A DNA stretch of 64,000 nucleotides from NCBI GenBank assembly GCA_946965045.2, contig OX337238.1, positions 248,001-312,000 on the forward strand. Direction: 5' to 3'. The notes beneath the pieces were generated by a model, which was not told the origin of the DNA, did no database searches, and saw only the letters and a program-made list of their open reading frames with translations. The translations under genes and the position numbers were made by a program. The stretch is from Epithemia pelagica. Taxonomy: Eukaryota > Protista > Bacillariophyta. This document shows positions 25,301-34,551 of the stretch, in pieces (positions within the stretch are counted from its first letter, which is position 1; each line of letters begins with the position of its first letter).

Positions 25301-25452
25301 GTGGAGGATCCTTTGGTCTTCTTAATTTCAATACGATGACGGTACCTGAATTAAAAGAAGAACTCCGTGTCAGAGGGCTAAAGGTTGGAGGAAAAAAGTC
25401 GGAACTGGTGGAACGGCTGGAGGCATACGAATCTGGAGTGAAATCGGAATGA
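22369..25452 (+). CDS. Predicted plastid-targeted coiled-coil protein with EEEARLAEIARK repeats and two C-terminal SAP domains
   Basis: Signal peptide ending CAA|FIVP. Hydrophobic Gly/Ala segment and long charged repeats. SAP motifs VSVLKQELKERGLPTTGKKADLVALL and TVPELKEELRVRGLKVGGKKSELVERL. Confidence 0.82.
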   Translation: MKGHPLLLLLVLVLLHVAPLRCAAFIVPSSSSSVRVKKAPPITTTTTTTTTSLHLLPQDQQPLSKSPRPSLTRLWAFLFGRKQPSSSQGKEEEEEQPHPPMSPPPPEMLQQSQLNGVSDNTNDDTAESFFLSQPTNNEKYQAADWVEWSFSSLEGGLEEDELRYVKKSYAQETTEETTDNNNNGSLWNGPEPSEDSIKGALVMGALAAAITGKGVAMTGAASLGAAYVALTTGPLGKAIRTAGNLVWNVGAGAVDLYQQAEESAAVHSARIKQEQQQCQERSRLVRQQRQEGNQRRLLAAQVALNLQHRERQAQARLEEVRRLAEESNRLDQEALELQARLQELQDLRDATRAAEDLRRQEQEQAEAAALAFRQAEAERQARIAQQTQMRRQEQDRLAQQEAQERAKFEEAARLAEIVRQAEEEQQALNAEAARRQEEERLAKIAAEEEEERARLAQVLIEEQKEADRLAAIAEQIEQVRLAELERKQEEARLAELAQKEEEERLAEIARKEAEEEARLAEIARQEEEARLAEIARKQEEERLAKIARKQEEERLAEIARKEEEERLAEEARKKEEARLAEIARQQEEEARLAEEARKEEEARLAEIARKEEEERLAEEARKEEEARLAEIARQEEEARLAEIARKEEEARLAEIAKKEEEERLAAIARQEEEARLAEIARQEEEDRLAEEARQKEEEQFVSTLLAAQEAREAEEVDDEIIMDQEDWDASIRFAQQSIDGNVAGMEEYEDEDDEKAAWDVASKMAEELGILPGTDDEELDEADSLGAAARAAVEAFQFTDEEEEVEEEIIDDAETDAEIYDEGTFYGTLPEPSDNVDLQDAQVGGTFIGEDGYEYEYVWEEVDEEEEEKYAQEFETEEDVVANGDSESYYDVVEDWASYPVSVLKQELKERGLPTTGKKADLVALLEESDAAAQFEDDSGDDVSEELGSVEELNNLLSDVLSNVEEPTDEDLSAIEESGGSFGLLNFNTMTVPELKEELRVRGLKVGGKKSELVERLEAYESGVKSE
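23860..24460 (+). repeat. Coding tandem repeat (~36-39 nt units, EEEARLAEIARK/EEEERLAEEARK)
   Basis: More than a dozen degenerate repeats visible in the translation. Confidence 0.85.
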
Positions 25453-25897
25453 GTGTCCTGCATAATGGGTTAGACCTGGGAAAGGCTTTACTTACATTGT
25501 AGTGTTTGTGGAATAAACAACGGATGATCAAGCAAGTCACATTTGTCACAGCTTTGACAAGCTGAGAAGGCGAAGCACGCGTTTTGCATGTGACGAGTGC
25601 AGCAATCGTTGATATTGCATAGTCGTAGTTATAAAGTTATGCTACATGGTATACTGTGTCGAATGCAAACTGTACAAGGTTTCTCTCTAGGCTCACAAAA
25701 GAGACTAGCCATATCCCTCTGTCTCTGGATCGCAAACTCTTGTAGGGATGCACATTCTTCGTGGCTCTACCTCTACCGCAAAAAAAGCAAACCCGGAAAT
25801 CGGCATACGTATCTTTTTCTTGACACCACGACATAATATGGGTTTCACCGGAAAACCTATAGGCATCACACTCCGTTCCACGACTTAAACGCGGATC

Positions 25898-27184
25898 ATG
25901 GACCATCCGAGTCGGAACCATGAGGTTTGGGGCGAACGCCGACCGATGGTGCCCTGGAACATGCCACACGATTGTGATTCATCGGTGATGGAGCCACTGC
26001 TTTCGGACTTGACCAGCACTCGAGATCGAAGCAGATCGCGTGGTGGTCGATTGAGTCCAGCAGCGAGACTGTACCACTCGAACAACGACCGACTGGAGTC
26101 GAATTATGACTATCTTCGCATTTCACAGAGGGATGACCCCCAGTACCGAAATGCACAAAATCGTTCCTCCACTGTCAATGCAGATAACGAGCTAGAGATA
26201 ATTGAAGAAGAACATCCCGACCAAGACGAGAGGACTGATGATGCCATTGTACCGCAGATTGGAAACACCGATGAATCTCGACTCTTTCGGCTCTCGTTCG
26301 AGGTAAAGATCAAGGCTTACAAACTTTGTATCCTATCCGTTGTTATCCCGGTTGGATTTCTCATGACTTTTCTGGCGTACAAAGACTTTCACGTGGAGTC
26401 CAGTCCCTCTCCTCCCGCCATTGACCCAACTCCCACTCCTATTTCTCCCTCCAATCCACCAATTCCAAAGCCTCCCTCTCATCAACCCACCCCTTCTCCA
26501 CGTCCCATTCCTCCCTCGGATCGTATGGATAGCATCAAACAATGTGCCATGTTTTTGTCTGGATTGAACGAGCTCGAACTAGATGATGTACAGTTCCGAG
26601 CCGTGAGTTACTTTGCGACTAGTCCAGGCACAGATATTGACGCCCCATTGACTTGTACCTGGGACTCGGAATTTGGTCAAGTGTATTCCCTCATTGTGTT
26701 TCGAGAAGCGGCTCGTGTCAAGGAGGAAAACTGGTTCACCAAAAGTCCCTTGGAACGATGCGAGTGGCCACGCATTCATTCGTGTGACGAGTGGGGTCAC
26801 ATTCAGACCCTGAATTTTGGCACGGACAGTTTGAGTGGATCCCTTCCATCCGAGCTGTCGGGCATGCTGTACTTGAAGAACTTGAAGCTCTATTCCAATG
26901 CCCAATTGACTGGAAGTCTTCCCTCCGAGCTGGGTCTCCTCCCACAACTGACTTCTTTGCAAGTTCATCAAACCTCCATTTCGGGTCCGGTTCCAACGGA
27001 GCTTGGGTCCTTGTCGGCGTTGGAGGAACTGTTCATGCACCGTACTTTCATGACGGGCACCATGCCAGCACAAGTGTGCGCTCTGCGGAACCAAGCCCTC
27101 CAGCGGCTCACGGCTCCCTGTCGTGGTGGTGAGGAGGCACCGCTGGTGTGCAACCATAGCTGTTGCTCGCATTGCAGTAAGTAA
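25898..27184 (+). CDS. Type II single-pass membrane LRR protein, copy 2 (inverted paralog of 17761-19092)
   Basis: Near-identical stalk and LRR region (PPSDRMDSIKQC.MFLSGLNELELDDVQFRAVSYFATSPGTDIDAPLTCTWDS). Confidence 0.88.
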   Translation: MDHPSRNHEVWGERRPMVPWNMPHDCDSSVMEPLLSDLTSTRDRSRSRGGRLSPAARLYHSNNDRLESNYDYLRISQRDDPQYRNAQNRSSTVNADNELEIIEEEHPDQDERTDDAIVPQIGNTDESRLFRLSFEVKIKAYKLCILSVVIPVGFLMTFLAYKDFHVESSPSPPAIDPTPTPISPSNPPIPKPPSHQPTPSPRPIPPSDRMDSIKQCAMFLSGLNELELDDVQFRAVSYFATSPGTDIDAPLTCTWDSEFGQVYSLIVFREAARVKEENWFTKSPLERCEWPRIHSCDEWGHIQTLNFGTDSLSGSLPSELSGMLYLKNLKLYSNAQLTGSLPSELGLLPQLTSLQVHQTSISGPVPTELGSLSALEELFMHRTFMTGTMPAQVCALRNQALQRLTAPCRGGEEAPLVCNHSCCSHCSK

Positions 27185-28011
27185 GTGACATTGGTGGATA
27201 AGAATAGGAATCGTCACTTCCTCTTTGGTAGTTCCTTGTGAAATATTGTTGGGTAGGAGATGAAACCTGCCAAACCGATTCCAGGGGGTCAGATGCACTG
27301 GATGTTGTTGTTGTCGTCGTCGTAGTTTCGAGTTTGTCATGATGAAATAGGCCGTGACGTGTTGTTGCTCCTATCAAAGCAACTGAGCAAACATCATGTT
27401 CGACAGTTTCTTTGGCATTCGCTATCCGAATAGGAGTCGGCGCCGCCTCTTTATTCGTTCATGGTCATCCAACGTTTTGTTGGGTACGAGCAGTGAAAAC
27501 TGCCAAACCGTCCGTTGGGGAGAGATCCAAGTGAGTCCTATCCACTGGATGTATTGCTGCCGTATAGTAGTGGGTCATGATGAACTATAGGCCATGGCTT
27601 TACTTGTATCGCCCTCGGCACCAAGGAGAGAAAGATGTGTCCTTTGTCCTTCTCCTTTGCGTGTTGTTGGACTCCATCGTTTAATTCGAAAATGGGGGCG
27701 ACGAAAAGTAAAAGTGGGGACGACGAGGGTATTCGATAGCCGCAACGGACGCACCGCGATAGTGCAAAAGCGCATGGTAAATGAAGGGCGCGCTCGCGTG
27801 ACCACAAAATAACGCTTCAATTTTGCGATCAGTCATGATTCATCAGCAATCCATCAGTTTTCGTTTTTGTCAAGGTCAAGGAACGGCCTCAGGGCGTATG
27901 GCCACTTCTCGACACGCTAATATCGAACATCATCCAAATAAAATACAGCGGCAAAACCAAACACGGGAGGGCAACCACAAGCACTTGTACTTCATCAAGA
28001 CAGTCATATAT

Positions 28012-30081
28012 ATGAGTGGAACTGGTACGAGTAAGAATGATCCGTCGGACGATGACGACGAACAAAAGGCGTGGGACCATTTCTGCCAGACTGTCAAGCT
28101 CTCGAAAAAAACACGCGATTTCTTGCAAGAGAACGAAGTCGTGTCCTTGGAAACGTTTTACGCTTTCTTTCTCGAAATTCTGGAGGAGGAGGAGCAGCAG
28201 CAGCAGCAGCAAGAGGGAGGCGCTACCGCTGCTGCGACCACTGCGAGAATTCGCTTCGATTTCGACAAAGACAACAAAATTTCTTTCGTTTCACGAGCAC
28301 GGCTAAGGTCTGCTTGGGACTGGCTTAACGACCACAAGGCTTTGATTTGTGATGCCAAGGGATTTTGCGGTCAATTCGATGCATTATTTTATATAAGAAC
28401 TGTAGAAAATGCAGAAAAGCGAAAGCGCCTTCAGGAATTACAGCAAGAAGAAGTCGAAAGGATCCGCAAAAGATCGCGCTATGATTTGGAAACCAAGTCG
28501 AGTCGAATGAGTGCTTCCTCGTTCACGTCTGACTCGAAGCATTTGCTCGAGGGAGTTGGCACATCGCCCCCTCAGCCATACGATCATTTGATTCCGTTTC
28601 ACGTCCGTGCACTTTTTCTGAAGCTTGTTGGCTGCAGGCAGGTCAACGCTACCAAAGACGCCGGTGGGGGTGGTGGAGCGGGTGAATCATCAGACGACAG
28701 CATACGAACAATCACCAACTTCTTCAGGGATAGGGGTGGCGGGTACAACCTTAAATCGATGAGCGAAACGCTTGATCCTCGGTCTGCTCAGAAAGAGATT
28801 CTTGACGACTTGGTCAACACTAACGTGTTCCGCAACCGCATTACGACGGAGCGCGTATACAACGACGACCTTCCGATTGGCCCCACGGCTAGAACTCTCA
28901 AACACTTCGGACTAGGAGATGGCGTTTCAACATCCGGAAGCCCTCTGGATGGCTTCTTCCATACCAAGTCATTCTCCATGGGAGAACTGGGAGACAGAGA
29001 GGTCAACTTCCTGGTTACTGGTATCGTCGAATGCATAGGTTCCGAGAGCAGCCCCTTTCGTGGGGCCGGGGAGGGAGTCTCTCTTGCGTCCAACGCGGCA
29101 GTGGGCTTGTTCAAGGTGGGTATTCCAATCGATCAGATTGTGATCCCAATTGTTTCTTTTACGGGCTCTCTGTTCCAGTTTGCGGCTGTCTATCTGCTCG
29201 AACCCTGCTTCCCCGCGGTTTGTTTTCTAACTCATCCGCTTCGTTCCGCATTGAAAAAGGACTGCGAGAACATTGCGGCCCATCTTTGTGCGATGTGCGA
29301 CTTTACGATTCAACTGGAAGGCTACATTGCTGACGCGCACAAAGCTACGGGGCTTGTCCGTCGGGAGTCAGTGAAGATGCTATTGTCGTCGGAGACGTAT
29401 CATTTTAAGACGATGGACCGATTCTTCACGTGCTTCAGAAACGATGCGTCCAAGGAGATATCTGTGAACCACTTTCTTCGTGTCACCGAAAGGCTCAAGG
29501 GATCGGATGCGGTTTGCCTACCCCTGACTATCAGATTAGGAGAAACCAAGGGTGGAAACAAGTCTGAAGACATGATCGTGTTCAGTATGCTGACTGGATA
29601 CAAAATTGGATTCCCTGACAAAGCAGAAGATCGAGTGTCTCTGCTAGAAGCGATCTGTACGGCTGTCTCCGATGTACACGCGTTGGGCGTTATTCACATG
29701 GATCTCTACTTGTCAAACATAATGTGGAAAAAACTTGATGATGGAAGATTTCATGTCAAACTGATCGACTTTGATGCAGCGCAACTAAAAGAGGACAAAG
29801 TGCTGACGAACGCCGTCGTTGAGCGATTGGTGCAAAACGAAGAAGGGCTGTTCCAATGGTGCGGCGTGGCACCGGCAGAGCATTATGACGAGGTTTACCT
29901 CAACATGTTCAGGAAGCATCTGGATGATACCGATCTACGTGTGGCTCAGAACGAACAAGAACGGGCAATTGAAGGTCTATTGAAAGAGCGACTTGACCAA
30001 CGGTGCACACAACTGAAACGGGAATTTCTTCCGCAGTACAAGGTACATCTGCAGTCCAAACAATCTGCACAATCTTTTTGA
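28012..30081 (+). CDS. Crinkler-like protein: N-terminal region, putative PD-(D/E)xK-like domain, C-terminal kinase-like domain
   Basis: Intronless ORF. The C-terminus has VHALGVIHMDLYLSNIMW and VKLIDFD (catalytic loop and DFx). The central SPLDGFF...GIVECIG...AAGEGVSLA-like / IVIPIVSFTGSLFQFAAVYLL segment resembles REase-fold modules of CRN-type proteins (inference). Confidence 0.6.
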   Translation: MSGTGTSKNDPSDDDDEQKAWDHFCQTVKLSKKTRDFLQENEVVSLETFYAFFLEILEEEEQQQQQQEGGATAAATTARIRFDFDKDNKISFVSRARLRSAWDWLNDHKALICDAKGFCGQFDALFYIRTVENAEKRKRLQELQQEEVERIRKRSRYDLETKSSRMSASSFTSDSKHLLEGVGTSPPQPYDHLIPFHVRALFLKLVGCRQVNATKDAGGGGGAGESSDDSIRTITNFFRDRGGGYNLKSMSETLDPRSAQKEILDDLVNTNVFRNRITTERVYNDDLPIGPTARTLKHFGLGDGVSTSGSPLDGFFHTKSFSMGELGDREVNFLVTGIVECIGSESSPFRGAGEGVSLASNAAVGLFKVGIPIDQIVIPIVSFTGSLFQFAAVYLLEPCFPAVCFLTHPLRSALKKDCENIAAHLCAMCDFTIQLEGYIADAHKATGLVRRESVKMLLSSETYHFKTMDRFFTCFRNDASKEISVNHFLRVTERLKGSDAVCLPLTIRLGETKGGNKSEDMIVFSMLTGYKIGFPDKAEDRVSLLEAICTAVSDVHALGVIHMDLYLSNIMWKKLDDGRFHVKLIDFDAAQLKEDKVLTNAVVERLVQNEEGLFQWCGVAPAEHYDEVYLNMFRKHLDDTDLRVAQNEQERAIEGLLKERLDQRCTQLKREFLPQYKVHLQSKQSAQSF

Positions 30082-30105
30082 ACTGGACGTACGTTGCTAT
30101 AGATG

Positions 30106-30685
30106 ATATCCAATCGGAATCCAGATTACGTTTCTCATGCTTGGGAAAAGACCGACCCAGGATCGGAGAGTTTCAAGTGAATGCGAATTCTCACCACCAA
30201 GACAGTCTCCGAGCTATGATGCCGTCGCCATGGTGCAACAGGTGGTCGAGTCATCCGAGGACGTGGCAACGGTTCGTGAAAAGCTCTTGTCTGTCGTCCT
30301 GAATGAGGACGAATGCGGCTGCAGTATGGAGACGGACCCCATTCTCCAGAGGGAACAACCATCCGCAGCAAAAGGATTGACGGAACGCTCCTCGGAACAT
30401 TGAAACAATTAACAGTTCACTGAATCAAAATAAGTACCAAAACCCTCTCCAAGGCGGAATCCAAAACGTGAGAGACATGGCTATATGCTTCATCGGTGGT
30501 CTACCTATAGTAGACCGTATCTTATATGAAATGGGCGGTATCAAAGTACCTATACCAAGTCTCCTGGAGAGAACGGGAGAGATGACAAACCATCAGTCTG
30601 CCAGTCATGATCGTCTCGTTTACACATTGGGTTCTCTCTCCCGTCCACTCGAACAACAGAGGGCAAATGGCTGTTCCACCCACAA
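30106..30685 (+). pseudogene. Inverted partial copy of the GPCR 3' end and its downstream flank
   Basis: Matches the reverse complement of ~34836-34255 (ISNRNPDYVSHAWE...EKLLSVVLNED). It has a GGA>TGA stop and an internal deletion. Confidence 0.85.
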
Positions 30686-30845
30686 GTGTTTACTGCGAAA
30701 GCCTTTTGCGTTGCACACACGAGACACATTATGTGTTCCTCCTGGTCACCATTCTAGGTAGTTTGTATGACTGCTGGTCTACCAATAGAGCTGATCCAAC
30801 GATCCAATCAACTCCACTCGTTTGTTTGTTTCTTGTGTTTGCATC

Positions 30846-32396
30846 CTAGGAGTCCTGGCGACTCGCCGTCGCCAAGTCCTGCACTCGGAATCGCAGAAAC
30901 CGGTTCTTATTGTGGTTGTTGTTTCGACTCGTATTCCCCACGACAATGGCCAGTTCGACACGAACACGGCCGCCGCCGCCATTGCCCGATGCGACGAGTT
31001 GCAACAGAATCCAGAGGAGCGATTTCAAGCCATCCTTACCCGTCTTCCAGGAACACGGCGAATGAGAACCAGTGCTGTTTTTGTTGTGGTTGTCGTTCCG
31101 CGGTGACTCGGTTCCGTCCGGCAAACTCCAAGAATCATCATAGTGTTGCATCAAGAGCGTATTGTACCGTGTGGCATCTCGACCAATGGCCACGGCTCGC
31201 ACCGGAGTGGCCCCCGTTGGATCCACGACCCAAATCTTGGGTGACTCCTCGACCATCGACTTTGGAGGATGATGTTTTGGCCAACCATACTGGAATTCGT
31301 CCGACGACGCCACCAATATACCAACACAGCTTAGCGGGCGCTAGTAATGTAGGTAGATGAGAGAAAGGAACAGGCCACACACACAAGACAAGAAAACCGC
31401 TTGTTAGAGAGAAAGAACAAAATGGTAACTGGATGTGGGATGGACACACATGGACCAATCATTCAGGCATCCGATATAGAGCAACAACAATAACCACCAC
31501 GTCATTAAGTCGTACCGTACCTGTTCTTGCACGACGATTCGATGCGCCATCCACAGGGACAATTCACTGGCCACCACGTGGCCATTGACTGGACTGGCCA
31601 ACAAAGAGTGTTCCTGTTGGACCAGTCGTTGAGCCGATTCGGTCAAGGTATCACAATCAGCACGCCATCCCGTGGCCACCAAGGCCATTTCATGACCCAG
31701 ATTCCCAATCCGAGTCGGTCCAGCAAAGTGTCGGGGCAAATCCACTACTTGTACATTGGAGTTGTCCCTCCACCAGTCGTCGTCGATGGCAGGCGTATGG
31801 TTGGAAGCAGGGAATGTGCCATTCGTAGGATTGACTTGGTTCGAATCCATCACGTTGGTTCGTTGTTGGATTGATGATTGGTTGTGTTTTGCCGCCCAGA
31901 TCGATTCGTACAAAAAGGGTTCTTCTTCTTCCAGGTCCATTGGATTCTCCTCGTTGTTGTCCCCTGGATTCTTTGTTGTTTGGGAGGAGGAGGGTTGTGT
32001 GTGAACCGCCACGAGAGCAACACTATCATCAGCACAGGTGGCGGCCAAAATGAGAGGAGCCGATTGGACCCATGGATCTGGTTCACTGGCACGAGGAAAG
32101 GAAAAGTAGGCGTCTTCTTCGTCTCCGTTCTTGTCTTGCTTATTGCTTCCACTGCGGCTGCTGCTTCCACCACGACCCGGAATCGAGATTCCCAACCCAA
32201 AGGAGGAGTCGTCCTTGGAACGAATCCAGAAAGGCATTCTCCTCCCCAAAGGGATTGTCCTTCCATACGGCTCTCGATTCCCTGCATCTACCGACTTCCA
32301 TGATGGAGTCACAAGGAGGAACACCAGTATCACGCAAGAAACCCATGGTGATCGAAACTCCAGCATCGTGGACAGCATTGGTATTATTGGTTTCAT
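30846..32396 (-). CDS. Divergent 20S proteasome subunit-like (Ntn-hydrolase fold) protein with N-terminal signal peptide (exons 32396-31521, 31340-30846)
   Basis: APLILAATCADDSVALVAV; TRIGNLGHEMALVATGWRADCDTL; spliced QEQ|RPLSCVGILVAS; KIWVVDPTGATPVRAVAIG. Hydrophobic N-terminus VSCVILVFLLVTPSWKSVDA. Confidence 0.75.
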
Positions 32397-32854
32397 CCTC
32401 CTGCTGCGGCGTCTTTGCTAGCGCAGTGTCACAACAATCTGGAATCCATGTACTCCTAGAGACGACGAGATCTTATATATTTCAATATCCGTATCTTATT
32501 CCCATGGTCCAGATATTTTTTCTCAAGATCGTTACTCCTCCAGAGGGTGTGACCAGAAGAAGTGAACATCGGGAAAGAGTTTTTACGACTCGCGAATTCG
32601 GGGGAGTTCCGTCGTCTTTGGCTTCCACGTGTAACGCCGACATCTGACATTCGGAGTTCGGAGGTGCGTCGTTGGTTTTTTCGCCATCCTTCCGAATTCT
32701 CACAAAAAGTGCACCGTTCATCAAAACACAAAGGTTCAACAGAACTGTGTGTGGCAAGATATATAGAGATCCAGGAAAAGCTGCAGCAACAACAACCACA
32801 CAGATTGGCTGTGGTGTTTCTAGTCGAGCAGCGTAGAATCGGGTATCCATCACC

Positions 32855-33819
32855 ATGTCGAAGCAACTCAACGGATTCCAAAATGCAACCGTCGGCATGA
32901 CGGTTGGAGTTATTGAGGTACGTTCGATTGTTGACACCTTCGTTTCATGGCTGACAGGTACACACACACACATGGACTGACCCACCCCTCATGTATTCAT
33001 TCATTCATTGATTCATTGATTCATTGATTCTTCTCCTATTGATGACTATCATGATGATGATAGGTGTGCGTCTTGCAGCCTCTGAATTATGCCAAAAACA
33101 TGACGCAAATCAAGCAGCCCATCTCGTTGAATCCCCTCGTCATGTATCGGGGTGTGAGTGCCAATGCACTCAACATGGGCAGTTGTACCATGATTCAGTT
33201 TGTGGTGGGGGGCAGTCTCAAAAAACTCGTCTTGGGCGATAGTCAACGAAATTTGACCATGTCCGAAGAAATGGCCTGTGGCATTGGCGCTGGAACAGCC
33301 AGTGCCTTTGTCGGCTCGCCCTTGGAATTGGTCATGATTCAGCAACAAAAAAATGGTCTCTCCTTGGGTCAAACCATTGGACGCATTACGGAAACACCGG
33401 CCAATGTGGCGCGGGGATTTGTGGGTTGTGCCGTTCGCGAAGCCCTGTGGACGGTGGGCTACTTGTCCATTCCCCCCATTGTCCGTCGCGAATTACTCCA
33501 CCAATTTCCCTCGTATTTTCCCAGCAACGATCATGCCCGCATTCCCGCCGCCCTCTTGGGAGGTCTCTTTGCCTGTTATCTCACCCATCCCTTTGATACC
33601 TGCAAAACCTGCATGCAAGGAGATATTGAACGAACGACCTATGGAACCTTGACGCAAACGGCCAAGACTATATGGAATTCGTCCGGAATTGGCGGCTTTT
33701 ATCGCGGTGCCACCTTTCGCTATGGTCGCATGGTTTGTGCCGTCTTTATCATGGATTTGATGCAAGAAAAGGTGGGCATGTTGCTCTTTCCGTCCGCCTT
33801 TCAACAACAACAGTCCTAA
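32855..33819 (+). CDS. Mitochondrial carrier family (SLC25) protein (exons 32855-32917, 33064-33819)
   Basis: Three Px[D/E]xx[K/R]-type signatures (QPLNYAKN, SPLELVMIQQQ, HPFDTCKTCMQ). Exon 1 MSKQLNGFQNATVGMTVGVIE|VCVLQP joins in frame through GTACGT...ATAG. Confidence 0.92.
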
Positions 33820-34084
33820 ACATTCGTGTCTTGTGATGATGCGCGCGCGTACTCGATTCCCCCCACCAAACCAAATGGCGAATTGCCAAGTGCGTGTTGC
33901 GTCGTGTAATAGGGACATGCTCATTGTGACATCACACACGCCAAAAAGACAGCATGCGTCCTAGTATTATACAAACACATCTGTTTTCCGCTCCTCGTAA
34001 GGAACACTTGTTCTCATTTATTCTGGCAGATATATAGATGGCGTCTCGTTCGAGACAAGAATGAAACTGCCGTGTGTCTCCTGT

Positions 34085-34260
34085 TCTTGTGCTATTCTAG
34101 TATTACCCACATAAAGTGACACCATGGTTCGATCGTCTCGACTTGTTGGTGAAACAACTCTCCATGGCCTGTGCTCGTACAAGTGTTGGTCCACAGCCGT
34201 CCATTCTTGAATCAAGAGGCGCTCCTCTAGTGTGAGATTGTAGGTGGAACAACCATTTGC
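34085..34260 (-). pseudogene. 3' remnant of a sulfotransferase-like gene
   Basis: TYNLTLEERLLIQEWTAVDQHLYE...HGVTLCG* and the flank ttctagtattacccacataa match the end of the gene at 52958-53105. Confidence 0.8.
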
Positions 34261-34551
34261 CCTCTTTGCTCGTGTGGACAAAAGGGCGAACCCACTGATG
34301 TGTGCATGAGACTATGGTTGGTAAACGCATGGTTTTGTCATTGTCCGTACTCTCTGTGAGACTTGGTACCCATTTCATAGGAGACCGTCGTCTACTATAG
34401 GTAGACCACCGATGAAGCATATAGCCATCTTTCTCACGTTGTTGATTCCGCCTTGGAGAGGGCTCTGGTACTTTTTGGATCCAGTGCACTCTTATTTGTG
34501 TCATTGTTCCGAGGAGCGTTCCGTCAATCCTTCTACTGCTGATGGTTCGAT

